A stretch of DNA of 64,000 nt from Saccostrea echinata (GCF_033153115.1 NW_026889750.1:44950001-45014000); one strand, 5' to 3'. Counted from the stretch's first letter, positions 38,136-51,149 are shown. Numbers and translations are program-made. The notes: generated by a model not told the origin, from the letters alone.

Positions 38136-39782
38136 ACACGTAGATTGCTGAGGTAAAAGTTTAATACATGTACCCAATATCATTCTGCTATATTTGCATC
38201 CGCGTGGGTATTAACAGTGAGCATTAACTAACTCAGGCCTGGACCTCTTATTTTATGCGTTATGGGGTGTCCAAAACAAGGTGCATGCTGACGTTTAACA
38301 AAGAAGAAACTTGCAATGGCCTAAGGTGACTTGGCTATTATCAGTTGAATACATGTCAATGGTGCATGGTTATTATATGTACCAAAAAATAACAAGTAAA
38401 AGATCAGCAGAGTGCTTTTATTAAAGAAGTAACAGAACTAAGGAAAACTTGTTTTCTACTGGATGATATGAAACAATGAGTAGAGTACCACCGCAAATAT
38501 TTCTGGATCCATGCCCTTTCATCATGTTTATTTTTGAACGGGTTCAATGAACTGTCAAAAATTCTTGATATGTTTAGTAGGTGTAGGTAGAAAGTTTTGA
38601 AATTAGTGAAAAGGTTGTTAAATATTTTTAATGCAAACTACCAGTAAATGTGCATAATGAAGATGGTTGAATTTTTTTCAACATTATTTTCTGTTCATTT
38701 GTCAGATCGGGTTCGTTATGTGTAAAATAATTTCCAGCTGTCATTGGAACAAAACAAGGCATGATCAGGATCATACAAAGAAAATTAAAAGTAAAAATTA
38801 GGTAAATTATTACAGTTTGTGCATCTAAATAAGTTTTAAAACTCTCTTAAGAATCTCAGAGTGACTGATACGACCCAATTTCATGTGATTTTTTAATTGG
38901 AAACCTATCAGTTTAGTGCAGCAAACAGGCAAAGATCTAACAACGTGCATGGATCTGATCATGTTGTAAAGCTTGACAAATGGCACTTATGCAATAAATT
39001 AACCTAAATGATTAGGAGGAAAATAAACATAAAAAGATTTGTTCTTTCTTAATTGCATTTTTTATTTTTCCCATTCAAAATTTACATACAAGGAATAAAA
39101 GAAGGTAATCTACATACAAGGGAAATTGCCTTTTTACTTAAAAAAAAAACAAAAAAAAAACTGAAAGTTATAGAGATAAAACCACTTTTGATTTTTTGAT
39201 CTTTAATCATTGAAAAAATTAAACATTACCCCAAAATTGGTTAATTTTAAGAAATTTTAAAAAAAAATGGTTTAGGAAACACATAACTTAAATGAAAATA
39301 AATAATTAATAGTAGTTAAACTGTTCAATAGTTTCTTTATTTGGTTTAAAACTGTTGTTTCTTTATCCCATGGGAGAATTTATTTCTATTTTGTAATGAA
39401 TATGGGATAAATCCCACATTTATAAAGAGATGGGAGATTATCTTCTATATACAAGTATATGGGAGATTTTGTCCCATTATAAAGCATTCATGGGATTTTC
39501 AAACTTCTATGGGAGAAAAAATCCCACAGAATACCTTTTTCTCCCACAGAATAATGGTGGGATATTGGTTAGGAGAAAAAATCCCACCATTATCCCATGG
39601 GATTTCTTGGTTTCAGGTGTAATATCTTTTTACCTAGAAGATAATCAGGTGTAAATTTTGGTTCATGTGTTAAGTTTTAAAAAATCCCATCAGATGACAT
39701 AAATGGTTTCCACATATCTTTAGAAAAGTGGTTGGCGAAAGTCCGGACAAATGTCGTGTCCGGAGTTAAATGTCGCACTGTT

Positions 39783-40690
39783 AATAACAAGTTTAAAAAC
39801 TTCAATGGGAATTGAAGTGGGTCGGTCACGTGATCAAATCCTGTGAAGGCCGAAGGCCTTCTCAGAAGATTTGATCACGTACCGACCCACTTCAATTCCC
39901 ACTGAAGTTTTTAAACTTGTTATTTATTACTTATATATACATTTGAGACGGACAATCGAATGTAATCGAATATAAATATTGCACTAACTGTACGTCGTAG
40001 ATTTTGACAAATTACGCTAGGTGTAAATCGGCTTGAAGAGCGGTTACGCTTCAAATTCATCTGGCAAAGGATTGTTTTGAAGGGAATATTCTGTGAAAGG
40101 CTTCTTGTGATCAATTATTATAGTGAGCATATTGGTGTCTGGGAATTTTTGTATTCATGAGAACCCATATTCGATGTTTAAAAAACACAAGAAACACGTC
40201 CGATGTTTGATACTAAAAAGTTGGAGGAATTTCGGTCGGAAAGGGATGGATGGAGACACTTGTCCGGACCAGATAACTTGAAATCAAATACGAAATTTGA
40301 TCAAAAACATAAAATCTACGATTTCAGTAAGGCATATTTATTGATTTATGATGTTGACATGGAGACACTGGCGACAGCTTTCATTGTTTTAAGACAACGT
40401 CACAACGATCTCGATGATGGAGGTGTGCCCACCGAACTTCCAAAGTGCAGCGTTTGTCAGCTGTTTGTGGCGTGATTGCATTACATTGATATTTTTCAAC
40501 AGATTTTCAAATTTATTGTGAGTAAAGTTTAATGGAAAAAAAATTATAGCATTCAGAGGTCTGCGAGAAAAATAAGGGTAAACGTTGAGACTATGCAGCT
40601 CAGACAAGAAACTTATAACACGTAGTTTTCTGTTCTCTATGTAAAATCGATCAAGAACTGTATTAAATACTCGTTTACATTGTAAATAAA
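39783..40690. mobile_element. Palindrome-headed Crypton-like element (its left tip is at 26921-26934, displaced by the 12.8-kb insertion)
   Basis: About 150-bp palindrome centred on GAAGGCCGAAGGCCTTC; the rejoined left arm taagaaataaataacaagttt matches the reverse complement of the right arm with one mismatch. Confidence 0.7.
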
Positions 40691-40859
40691 ATGATTATTA
40701 TTTTACTTGCGTATTTTGTACATTTTTATGCATGAAAAACATGCTATATTGCTTAGTGGAGAAAGTCTTTTTATGTAGATATTACTGCGCTGTGTGATTA
40801 GGTCACGTAATGACCTATGACCTTCGATAAACTTCATACAGGTATGAAGATATTTACTC

Positions 40860-43800
40860 TCTGCATGTTTATATAATAGAGAGATACCACAAATGTATAT
40901 ATATTCTTTTAAATCTTTCACAAACCACAAGAACTTGAACCCGTTCTTGTTGATCAAAGAAGGCCAAAGCGTTAACGCTGCTGATTTCCATTTCGGAACA
41001 AATAAGGTACCCGCAATTTAATAAATGCTTTATTTCCCTCCCTATCAAGTAAATAGGAGGGACAATCCAATGCAAATCATATGCCCAATCCAACGCAAAT
41101 GCGTCGACGCCGCTTGTTCCAGGTATCCAAAACAAAGATTTTTTTTTCGTTCGAAATTACTGCAACTCGCAAAAATATCACAAGTGTAAGGTCCCCAAAC
41201 AATTTTAAAAAAATATGATTGCTTATACCCCAGTCGTAAAAATCAGAACCTTTGCTGACAAAATGTACTTCTACGTTTTGATCTCGTGGAACCCAAGCTT
41301 CAGAAAATCGATGTTTTTAATCAAACAATTTGTATATATATAGAAAAAAGCAAGAGATTGTAAATCCGAATTTATGTTGCCTATCTCTGAAATTCTAACG
41401 ATGTTTAACTGTCTTTGTTTGCCTAAATTATTAGGATTTGAAATACCCCACCTTTAAGTATGTTAAATTGTAGTTTTAATATATACATTTTTTTTGTTTT
41501 TTGTTTTTTGTTTTTTTTTTTTAATACAAAGATGATTTTATTTTTATTCTCTTTTCAAAAGCTTAATATTATAGGCAAGAGTTAACTTATATAGACTTGA
41601 TATAAAAACAAAATGACCAAAAAAAAATTATAGTATTTTTTTTTTAACAAAAATAAGCTTAAAAAACTTCATTAATATTTCTTGAAAACAGACGGACAAA
41701 ATTCCATGGTGGTCTACAATTAGGATGTGCTTAAATATGATAACAAAGTGAAATTTACAAATTGAAAAAAAATATATATAAATGGGAGAAATAACATACG
41801 CTTTTAAAAATTTGAATATTAAAAGATCCGAATGGAAGAGTTATCCTTCTTTATTTTCCAAGGGTTGAAATATCTTGGATGCTAACCAGAAATCAGAAGC
41901 ATTCCCCCCCCCCCCCCCCCAAACTTAAAAAAAAATCGCACCTGTGCAGTGTTAGTTAATAATAATAATAATAATAATAATACTTTATTTAGAGAAGGTA
42001 GCCTGATTAGTGTGACACACTATTCTTCCCCAGGGCCTTCTAATTACAACAATATTACATCAAAGTAGCAAAGATTAACAACTAGCAATTGAAATATAAT
42101 ACACAAACAATGTCACATGATTGTAATGATAATCATCATCATAATGATAATAAACAAATATATTATGATGACAAATAAATTAACATACATTTGTAAGATT
42201 TGACACAATATACATATACAAAAGATTTAAATCAGAGTAATGAAATTCTATTGTTGAAGATATACTTTTCTACATTTCGTTTAAAGACTGACAGAGTTGG
42301 TGCACATCTTAAATCTAAAGGCAAACTGTTCCAAATATGAACACCAGAATACTGGAGAGAATTTTTAAACAAATTAGTTCGGTGTTTTGGAAGGCGAAGG
42401 TCAAAATTAGATTCTGAACGTAAAGTGTAAGCATCAGAAGTTTGAAAAATAAATAAATCTTGCAGGTAAGCAGGGCTCTGATTGTTAAATATTTTGTACA
42501 ACAAGATACATTTGTGTAAAGTTACTAAATCAAAAACAGATAGCCAGCCTAATTTTTCAAATAATGCCTTAGATGGAGCATCAGAGGCAGCATCAAGAAT
42601 AATTCCAGCGGCCCGTTTTTGGAGCTTATGAATTCTCTCCAAGTAACTAGCTGGTGCATTACCCCAGACCGTCAGACAATAATTAATAGAAGGCAGGATA
42701 AAGGTATTGTAAAACAGTTTTCTAGTTTTCAGAGGAAGAAATTTCTTGATTTTTCGCAAGGTATATAATTAATATGTTAAAGATTTGCAGACTGAGTCAA
42801 CATGGTCATGAAAATTTAGCGTTTGATCTATATGTACCCCAAGTAGTTTTTCTGTTCCAACATTGTCAAGGTGTTTGTCAGTTTTCAACTTTGAACTTTT
42901 TTGAAAACAATGCTTGAACAAACGCTTTCCAAGATATGTCTCCTTCAGAGCAATTGCAACCAAAGCCCTAAAAGTTTTGGGACTATGTACAACAGCTGTT
43001 TGATTTGCGACCAGACAGTTACTTCTTGAATGAAATGACAAAGAAGACCAATTCTGGTTAACATGATAATCCAGCATAATGTGAAGTAATCATACTTATA
43101 CATGCCTCACCGCACACAAGGTGCTATACAGGTACTCAAAGAATTGAAATATAGCTTTTGCTTAAAAGTGTTCAAAAGCAGAGAAGTTTAAACTTTTTTT
43201 TATTAATACGGTTTGTTTTTGTCCAAAGTACACTTACTAGTAATGACATACTTGCGAATTATTTTGTCTATTTTAAATAAAATGCCAACTTGTGAAAGCT
43301 TGAATTAAAATAGCTTCAGAGTGTTCTTTTAAACGGTGTATTTACAAATTTCGACCCGATAATAAGTACTCAAACAAATTAAAAAAATACTTCAAACGGA
43401 AGCACATAATAACAGGTAGGTATCCTATATTACCTTAATGCATTAAATAAATAACTCTTTATTCAACAATTCTAATATGGCCTCTTCAACAATAGGGGCG
43501 CTCTGCAGTGCTGATTTGTTGTTAGGCAAAATTACACCTTCATGGTATGTAATAAATTCTATCCTGTAACCAAAATTTATGACATTTAGAATATAATCGT
43601 TTGGCTTTATAACATTCTTCCAAAATTCAAAAGGATTTTTATTCATTTTTTTAACTGATCTTTTACAGAAGTGCTATAGATCTTGAATCAAAGTCCAATT
43701 TATGATCTAATAAATGTCTTTCATACTCAACTTCATTGCTGAATAGACTAACAGCGTCAAGATCATCAAAACCCTGTTCAGAATTGGAGTTTATCTCTGT

Positions 43801-44150
43801 CTGTAATTCTCGAGGAACATCTCTGTTAAAAGTTGAGCTTGTAGATTCTGTAGACATGCCAAGGACACAAAACAACCTGCGATTCTTTGTAACGAACGTC
43901 GCATTAATCGAACATTCCCCGGTGAATGTATCATACTGAGCGTGCAAGCGCTCGTGCATGAAAAACCAGTTTTCTGAAGGTCAGATGACACGTTCCTCAA
44001 AAAATATATAATTTTTCCCAAGTATTTGTCATTGAAGTATAGATACCTAAACAAGTTTCCTAAAAAAAAAAAATTGAGGCACCTTTCCAGGCATTTGGAC
44101 AAGATACCAGAGGGTGACATTTCTTATATATTCCTTCTGGGTAATCTTCT
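40860..44150 (-). mobile_element. DIRS/Ngaro gag-RT-RNaseH-MT remnants
   Basis: FWKNVIKPNDYILNVINFGYRIEF..NNKSAL..EEAILELL (RT start); DFYDWG; WGPYTCDIFAS; FWIPGTSGVDAFALDW..WIVPP. Collinear with the recombinase at 25950-24990. Confidence 0.8.
41960..42870 (-). mobile_element. 5'-truncated L2/CR1-group LINE within the DIRS element
   Basis: EKLLGVHIDQTLNF..RKLFYNTFILPSINYCLTVWG..WNSLPLDLR; AATAAA followed by a (TTA)n tail. Confidence 0.85.
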
Positions 44151-44689
44151 ATTTCACAATTTTTGGTGTACTTATATCTAAAACTCTAAAAACACATTTA
44201 AAACAATGTAGAACTCACAAGAGAATTACAATTATGAATACATTTTGATGTAATACCAAGAAATACAAAACATTTAATTTGAGGAACGTGTCGTCTGACC
44301 TTAAGATACGAAGATTCACGGAAAGTACCGAAACTAAAAACGTAAAGAAATAAATTGAATTAATCTACATTTGCCAAAGACTTTATTTTCAGGTAAAGTC
44401 AACAGAACGTGGATCATCTGCATGTTATTATTATTTTTTTTAAATCAGCTGCACTTGGTGACACTTGTCCAAGATCCTCCCAAAAGAAATATGTATAAAG
44501 TTTTGGAAGACAATGCAGACACACGTTGTACATATGCAATATGAAGTTCAGTTCATGCAAATATTAAAACATTTTATATTAGATATGATCAACATTTCAT
44601 ACTGACATTGCTGTGGACTGATAGATGAACAGAATACTTTTAATAAGACCACTTCATAGTTAGCTATTTAAAATTTAAAATAAGTTCTA

Positions 44690-45690
44690 TACGGAATAAT
44701 CAACATGCTTTCAAATACCTGTTTCATTTATATAAGCTGCACTTTTTCTTGTGGTTAACTTGTTCGTAATAAGCATTATTACTTACGTAAAACGTATAAG
44801 GAATAAACATCATTCTTCATTGGTTAACTTATGTGGAAAGGGCGTAATATTTTATATAGTTAGCTTATACGGAAGAAGCAGCATTTAGTCTCAATGTAGG
44901 TAACTCATACGGAATAAGCTTCATTCTTCATGTGGTTAAATTATTTGGAATAAGCGTCATTTTTTTATCTAGAGAAATAATACGATATAAGCGTCCTTCT
45001 TTATGTGGTTAACAATGGTCATGGTAGCCTAGTGGTACGGCTTTCTCATACACCTAGGTTACATTTAAGCCGATGATCGGCGACCAAATTTTTCTCGTAT
45101 CGTCGGCTAAAAACCATAATTGATCGACACTAGTATCGGGCGACGCAGAGTAGTCACATTAATTCTTAGGAAAACCGATGCCTTTAAAAGTTAAAAATTT
45201 ATAAGTCGGCTAACCGTCGCCCGATTATCGCTTGCTGAGCCGCAGTTTAATTTTCACTGTTGGCCAACATTTACGATAACCCAATTCCTAAATGTCTACC
45301 GACCGACTTAATAAACTGCCTTCCGATGGTTGGACTATGCTCAAAGGTTGGTCGACGGACTATTCAACGACTGCTTCAATGAAGAAATCGACCACCGACG
45401 AAGAAAAAAAATATAACTTGGCTGGACGGACACAAAATTGGTCGCCGACGAAAAAAGAGGTCAAAATGGGGCAAGACAACGCCTGATGAACTGCCGAAAT
45501 AAGTGACATTCTTCATGTGGTCAACTTAAGTGGAATAAGCGGCATTCTTCATATGGTTGGCTTATACTGAATGAGCAGCATTCTTCATATGGTTAATTTT
45601 ATAGAATGTGCAGCATTTTGCATCTGGTTATATACTCCAGATTAAGTGATATTTTGCATATGGTTAACCTATATGGAATGAATGATATTT
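44690..45690. repeat. Diverged ~41-bp minisatellite interrupted by a ~470-bp CG-rich insertion (~45020-45490)
   Basis: Recurrent ggttaacttatacggaataagc..cattcttcat units. Confidence 0.6.
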
Positions 45691-45809
45691 TTTAACAGAT
45701 TATGAAATTATCATGGTTTAAGATGTTCTACATTCTTTTATTTTGAAGTATTTCATATATAATGGAGTATAGATTCAACTTTTGCTTGTAAAATGAGTTT
45801 TGAAGTGAA

Positions 45810-46430
45810 AAGAAAGTGAAGAGTGATCGATCTCATAAAATCTACAAACAATTCAAATATGTGACAGGAAAATCACGGACCCCCGGAAATTCTAGAGGTG
45901 GGATCAGGTGCCTAGGAGGAGTAAGTATCCCTTGTTGACCTGTCACACCTGCCAAGAGCCCTATGTATTGATCAGGTAGACGGAACATCCCGTTTAGTAT
46001 AAAAATAAAGGCGTAACAATTGGTATGAAACACATCAGCCAAAGCACGACCCAGCGATAGGTTATATTTTTTAACAAGGTCATTATAACGACCATAGAAT
46101 TTACGAAATGTTGACTTTAAACGAGGTTGTTGAAGTTGAATCATTAACTTATCTATCAGTAGCTTGCTTCGGCTTACAAATTGATCGTACTCAGAGCATG
46201 CTCTTGAGTATCGAATAAGTCGTGAGACGTAAACACCATACGCAGGTGACAGTGGAATATTACCAGATAATTAAGGTAATTTCACGATGGAAAAGCTGAA
46301 TTCATCTCGTTTATCGTACAATTCAGTTGTTAGTTGGCTCTTATCGTCTATAGTCAGTCAAACTTCCAAATACAAATCCAAATACGAAACAGATTTTGCA
46401 GACTCATTGGTGTCTTTTATTTCAAGTTCA
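45810..46430 (-). mobile_element. Penelope-like (Naiad-type) 3' fragment
   Basis: QPRLKSTFRKFYGRYNDLV, LYDKRDEFSF and an intact 3' motif. Confidence 0.85.
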
Positions 46431-47329
46431 TTGCAGGGGATATGTCGAGTCGACACAGGGTTCTTCATCATTTCAAGTTTAACTGTGGCCCAAGACTTAA
46501 GCGAAGTGCTAATATTTGCGGTATCTTCGAGACCGAATTGGCGACGTAACCAGATTAAAAAAAATAAAGATAGCTCTTCTTAATCATTAGTTTAGATCAC
46601 AAATTAAATATTTTGCAAATTGAAAAATAAACTCAATGATTATTTAAAAACACAATTGATATCGAGTTTAATGTAGGGTAAAACAAAAATTAAAATATTT
46701 CTAATACATCAGTTTACACCCCCTCCCAACACATACAAACACACAACAAACCAACTTACAAACGTAGTTTTAAATAAAGAAATATTAGCTAATAGAATCT
46801 GAAAATAACGGTACCAGTAAGTAGTAACACGTTTTAAGCGTAGTCATGGACATCAATCATACAACAGACCACACTTGATGTCTCTTTTAATTCATTTTTG
46901 CCTTACGTCTGTCCATCACATTCGTACTAAACTTTACTCGGTTCACTTGAAAATTTTGAATGGATATTTATTCGCGAAAACTTTAATTTTGCGTAATTAC
47001 GCGAGGCTGTATGCCAGCAGAAATTTAATTCTCGCGTATATTTTTATTATAAAAGATTATATAAATTAAAAAGGTCTAAATTCGTGAAAATTTTGTCTCG
47101 CTTATAAATATCAAATGACTATCTTGCAATAATAAAGTGTTGCAAAAAATTGGTGATCTACCAGTATTTGAAGATGCTAAAGCAAGTCTATACTTGGATT
47201 CTTCAACTGCAGAATACAAGCTAGTGTTTATGATTATGGATGTTTCCCAGCACAGACTCTTTAAGCCACCACAAATAATTCTGACCCAACCCGTCGGTTC
47301 CTTCAACTTTAATTTGCAAGAAAAGGAAT

Positions 47330-49385
47330 AGATGCTGTGAATAAGTAATAATAAAAAAGTTCAGTCTTCCACCATATTTCAAGTGGAAGTCTACACCCTG
47401 AATTTCCTATAGGTATTCCAAAACTTTTTTCCAAACCTTCAATTATAAACAAACCTTACAGTGCCTAGATATTTAAACTATTAAACAAAACCCTCTTTAG
47501 TGTTATTGCTCTTCTATTCTTTCAACTACAGTCCCGCTGGACACGTCGTTACTGGTGATATCAATATAGTTGAAAATGAAGATCCAAAAGCAATCATCTT
47601 AAAAGGTCCTAAAACAGGGAGTCCCGATCCTTCAATTTGCGACAGAACGTTATTTCTTTTATGAATTCTGTAGAAGATTATGCCAGACTGTCAGAATGGA
47701 TTAAGTATTTTAGAAATATAATAAAGAATTGGATTAGAAAGTAAAAAGGCAATATGCGAACCATCTATCCTTCTGTTTTTATTAAATTGGAGGTAATAAA
47801 AGAAACAGAAAGACTACAGGAACAATATGTTATGGTTCCAGCAGACAAGGCTCATGTCATTAGCGTCTTTGTTTGTAAGCTTTTATTATAATTGTATTTT
47901 AGAAGAACTTGGTTTTAATCAACGTCTGGAAATCCAACCTATACTCACAGTTCACATTCTGAGGATGAGAATTCTTCAAAATTACATTTCATTATTTAAT
48001 ACTTTTAACATTCCAGTCAACCAGATGAGTTCGAGCTGCCCTACCTATACTGAATTCCTAACTTCATTAAAAAAAAGATACAAAACCGGGTTCAGTAAAT
48101 GCTCTACCAAGCCCCTTTCAAGCTCCTTACAAAAATATTAACTACTGTGAAGAAGAAACTCCAGGCCTTAAAATGATGCAGCATACTCCGGAATTCTAGA
48201 AATGGTGTTACCCAGATGTGGATTCTAAAAAAAAAAATCCAAAGAACTTTTAAAAATATAATATTACCAATTTTTTCAAAAGTCAATAACATCGAAACGT
48301 ACGAATTTTCTAAACTTAATACAATAAATTCCTCAAAATAAATTCAAGACAAGGCTTTTTGGTATCATAGATAACTTCTTCAATAGAAATGAACTCGGAA
48401 AATTCGTATCCTGTAATTGGTCATAAACAAAATTACTTTGACAAAAAATCACTGATTCTACAGACAGTACTCAAAAATTGATATTGAAAGGATGATGGAG
48501 TTCCTCATTTACAAAATTTATGTAGTCTCCGGAGACCAGGTATTCCAACAAAGGGCGTTAATTGTGCTCCTTTATTAGCGGACCTATTTTTATATTCCTT
48601 CGAAGCAGAATTTATTTATAAATTTCTAAATGAGAAGAAGAAAACTCTTGCTTTGGCCTTCAACTCGACCATCAGATATATCGACTACGTTTTATCAGTT
48701 AAAAATAGTTCTTACCATTCATATGTCGGCTCGACATATCCCAGGGAACTTGAAATAGAAGACACCACAAAGTCTGCAACATCTGTTTCATATTTGGATG
48801 TTTTTCGGACTATAAACGGAAAGGGCCAACCAACAACTGAATTGCATAACAAACGAGATGACGTCACTTTTCCATCGTCAGATTTCCTTATTTATGTACA
48901 TGTAGTAATATTCCGCTATCATCTGCATACGGTTTTTACGTCTCCCGATTTGTTCGATACTCAGGAGCAAGTTCTGAGTACGATCAATTAAAAAAAACCA
49001 GGCAGGCTACTAACAGATAAGTTGATTTTAAAGGGATTTCGACAACCTCGTTTAAAGTAAGCATTTCGTGAATTTTATGGTCGTTATGATAACCTTGTTC
49101 GCCAATATTACCTATCACTTGGTCATATTTCGGCTGTCGTGTATCATACCAATTGTTAGGCCTTTGTTTTTATACTTAATTTGTCTAAGGAATGTTCTTT
49201 CTTCCTGAACAATACATAGGGTTCATTGGGGTGTGACGGTCTACAGGTGCTGCTTACTCTTCGTGGCCACCTGATCCTACCTCTAGAGTTCCAGGGGTCC
49301 GTGTTTTTATGCCCTGTTCACAGATTTGTATTGTTTGCAGATTTTTTTTAGATCGATCATTGTTCGTTATCTTCATCTTTTTCAT
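47330..49385 (+). mobile_element. Decayed Penelope-like (Naiad-type) RT, ~2 kb
   Basis: PAGHVVTGD, VPADKA, NCAPLLADLFLYSFEAEF, RYIDYVLS, YPRELEIEDTT and the 3' motif. Confidence 0.88.
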
Positions 49386-49705
49386 TTAAACACTATACGT
49401 CCAATCATCTTTGGGTTTTAAACACTAAAGTTTTGAGTCAGAAACACATTGATGATAATTATGTATCTGAGGGCCATGTTATCAGCTTCTGCAATGCATA
49501 GCATGATACAAACTTAAGTTTATTGATGATACTGGTCAGAATAATGCTGTTCAGAGAAGTCAATTTTAAACAAGATATTTATTAAGTACAGAACATAATT
49601 ATTAAAGCTTAAGCTAATATTATTATATTATCTGCATTATAATGGAAATATGATAAAAAATTTTAAAAAATATATAAATGCTACTCAATAATCAGAACCT
49701 GGCGA

Positions 49706-50391
49706 TTAAAGAATAATAGAATCATTCATTACTACGAGTGTGGGATAGTGAAATTCCACCAAGGGGACAAGATTCACGGTCTAGGACGAGGCTTTGCCGA
49801 GTCCTAGACCGTGAATCTTGGCCCCGAGGTGGAATTTCACTATTCCCACACGAGTGAGTAATGAATGATTATTTTTCTCGCATTATTTTATCCAAAATAA
49901 CGGCCTGTCAATGACATCGCCATGATAGGGCTAAAAATATATTCTTTTAATTTTCCATCTAATTAAAATTCTAAATACACCATCAGAGAGAGCGTACCTG
50001 AAAATGGTTTACACATAGTGTAAACTGATAAAATGAATTTCAGTCCATGTAAATTAATTAGATAGATAAAAACTGGGAATAAAAAACTTATCCATCCGAT
50101 AGCGTACACATTCATTCAAGAAGAATCCTTCCGCGATCTAAAAATAGTGCCATTTAAAAAGTGAAAATACGACAATATTTTGAATGAAAATAAGTTTATC
50201 TTAATAAGTTAAATGACAACATTTTAAGTATATGTAATATTTTTTAACATTGTTACAATTTCTTTATATAAAGACGGAATGTTTACGTTATCGTTCGCGG
50301 CGTAGTAATACACAGTGTAAGACAGAAAAATCTCACACTGCTGTCTCACACCGGACAAGTCAATCTTACACCGGTGATTATGCGAGAAAAA
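49706..50391. mobile_element. Palindrome-headed Crypton-like element
   Basis: About 160-bp palindrome centred on GAGGCTTTGCCGAG; terminal tatgcgagaaaaa is inverted relative to tttttctcgcatta. Confidence 0.7.
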
Positions 50392-50883
50392 CAAATATCT
50401 TTATATTATACTAACCATACAAAGATGAACTTTCTGTCCATTTTCATCAAATCATTTCAATGGGAAAACAATTTTAACATACATCTTAGTTTGTGTCTAA
50501 AGAGTAACTCAATGAGGTTGAGGTCTGTTGTATTTGTCTATCTCAGTAGGATGTATTGAATTTAAATTCAGCATTAATGAATATGTTTCATGATTTGACA
50601 CTTATCAACAAATACTCAACATACGTCACACATCAATGAAAATATATCATAGTCCGATACTTATACTTGGAGTGATATCGGTTAGGAAATATTTGTCCTT
50701 TATATAAGCAATTCAATACATGGATAAAAATCATTTTGAACGCTGAAAAATTTTTCTCTATTCATTCGACATTTATAGGATTTATACTATTTACAAATCT
50801 TCTCATCACGTGCCCAGTCTATCATCGTTACATGAGTCAAACTTACAGTTATAAGAAACATGACACCTCAGAATCTCTCAGTC

Positions 50884-51149
50884 TTATCCATCGAACATTA
50901 TGTAATCAGTTTTATCTGGAACACGTTTACAACCGGTAATTAAATACCTGTTCCAGCTTTCTGGGAAAAAGTTGAGTTCACTAATGATTTTTTGTACTAT
51001 TCCCTCTGGAACACTGTCCCTTTTATAATAATTTTTGGTTACCAGGTAATCTTTAATACACCCCTCGACATGCTTTCTTTCTAGCGGAAGAAACGGGACA
51101 TAGGCCGTGATCAGGTGCTTGATTATAACGTCGCTAAGGTACATGCCAC
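50884..51149 (-). CDS. Torsin copy 2 exon 5
   Basis: SGMYLSDVIIKHLITAYVPFLPLE...GCKRVPDKTDYIMFDG*; 266 nt. Confidence 0.93.

Larger units (their letters stand above)
26935..39782. mobile_element. 12.8-kb non-autonomous DNA transposon with long (~270 bp) TIRs and 4-bp TSD
   Basis: AACAGTGCGACATTTAACTCCGGACACGAC matches the reverse complement of the right end; TSD AATA (26931-26934, 39783-39786); no transposase seen. Confidence 0.88.

Noticed and set aside
26936-39781. Reading the large element as Harbinger-like with a 3-bp TAA TSD
   Set aside because: Reconstruction from the host palindrome fits a 4-bp AATA TSD; the TAA reading leaves 3 extra bases.
47330-49385. Selenocysteine recoding in the Naiad-type copies
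   Set aside because: The copies are full of stops and frameshifts, so no specific UGA or SECIS element can be supported.
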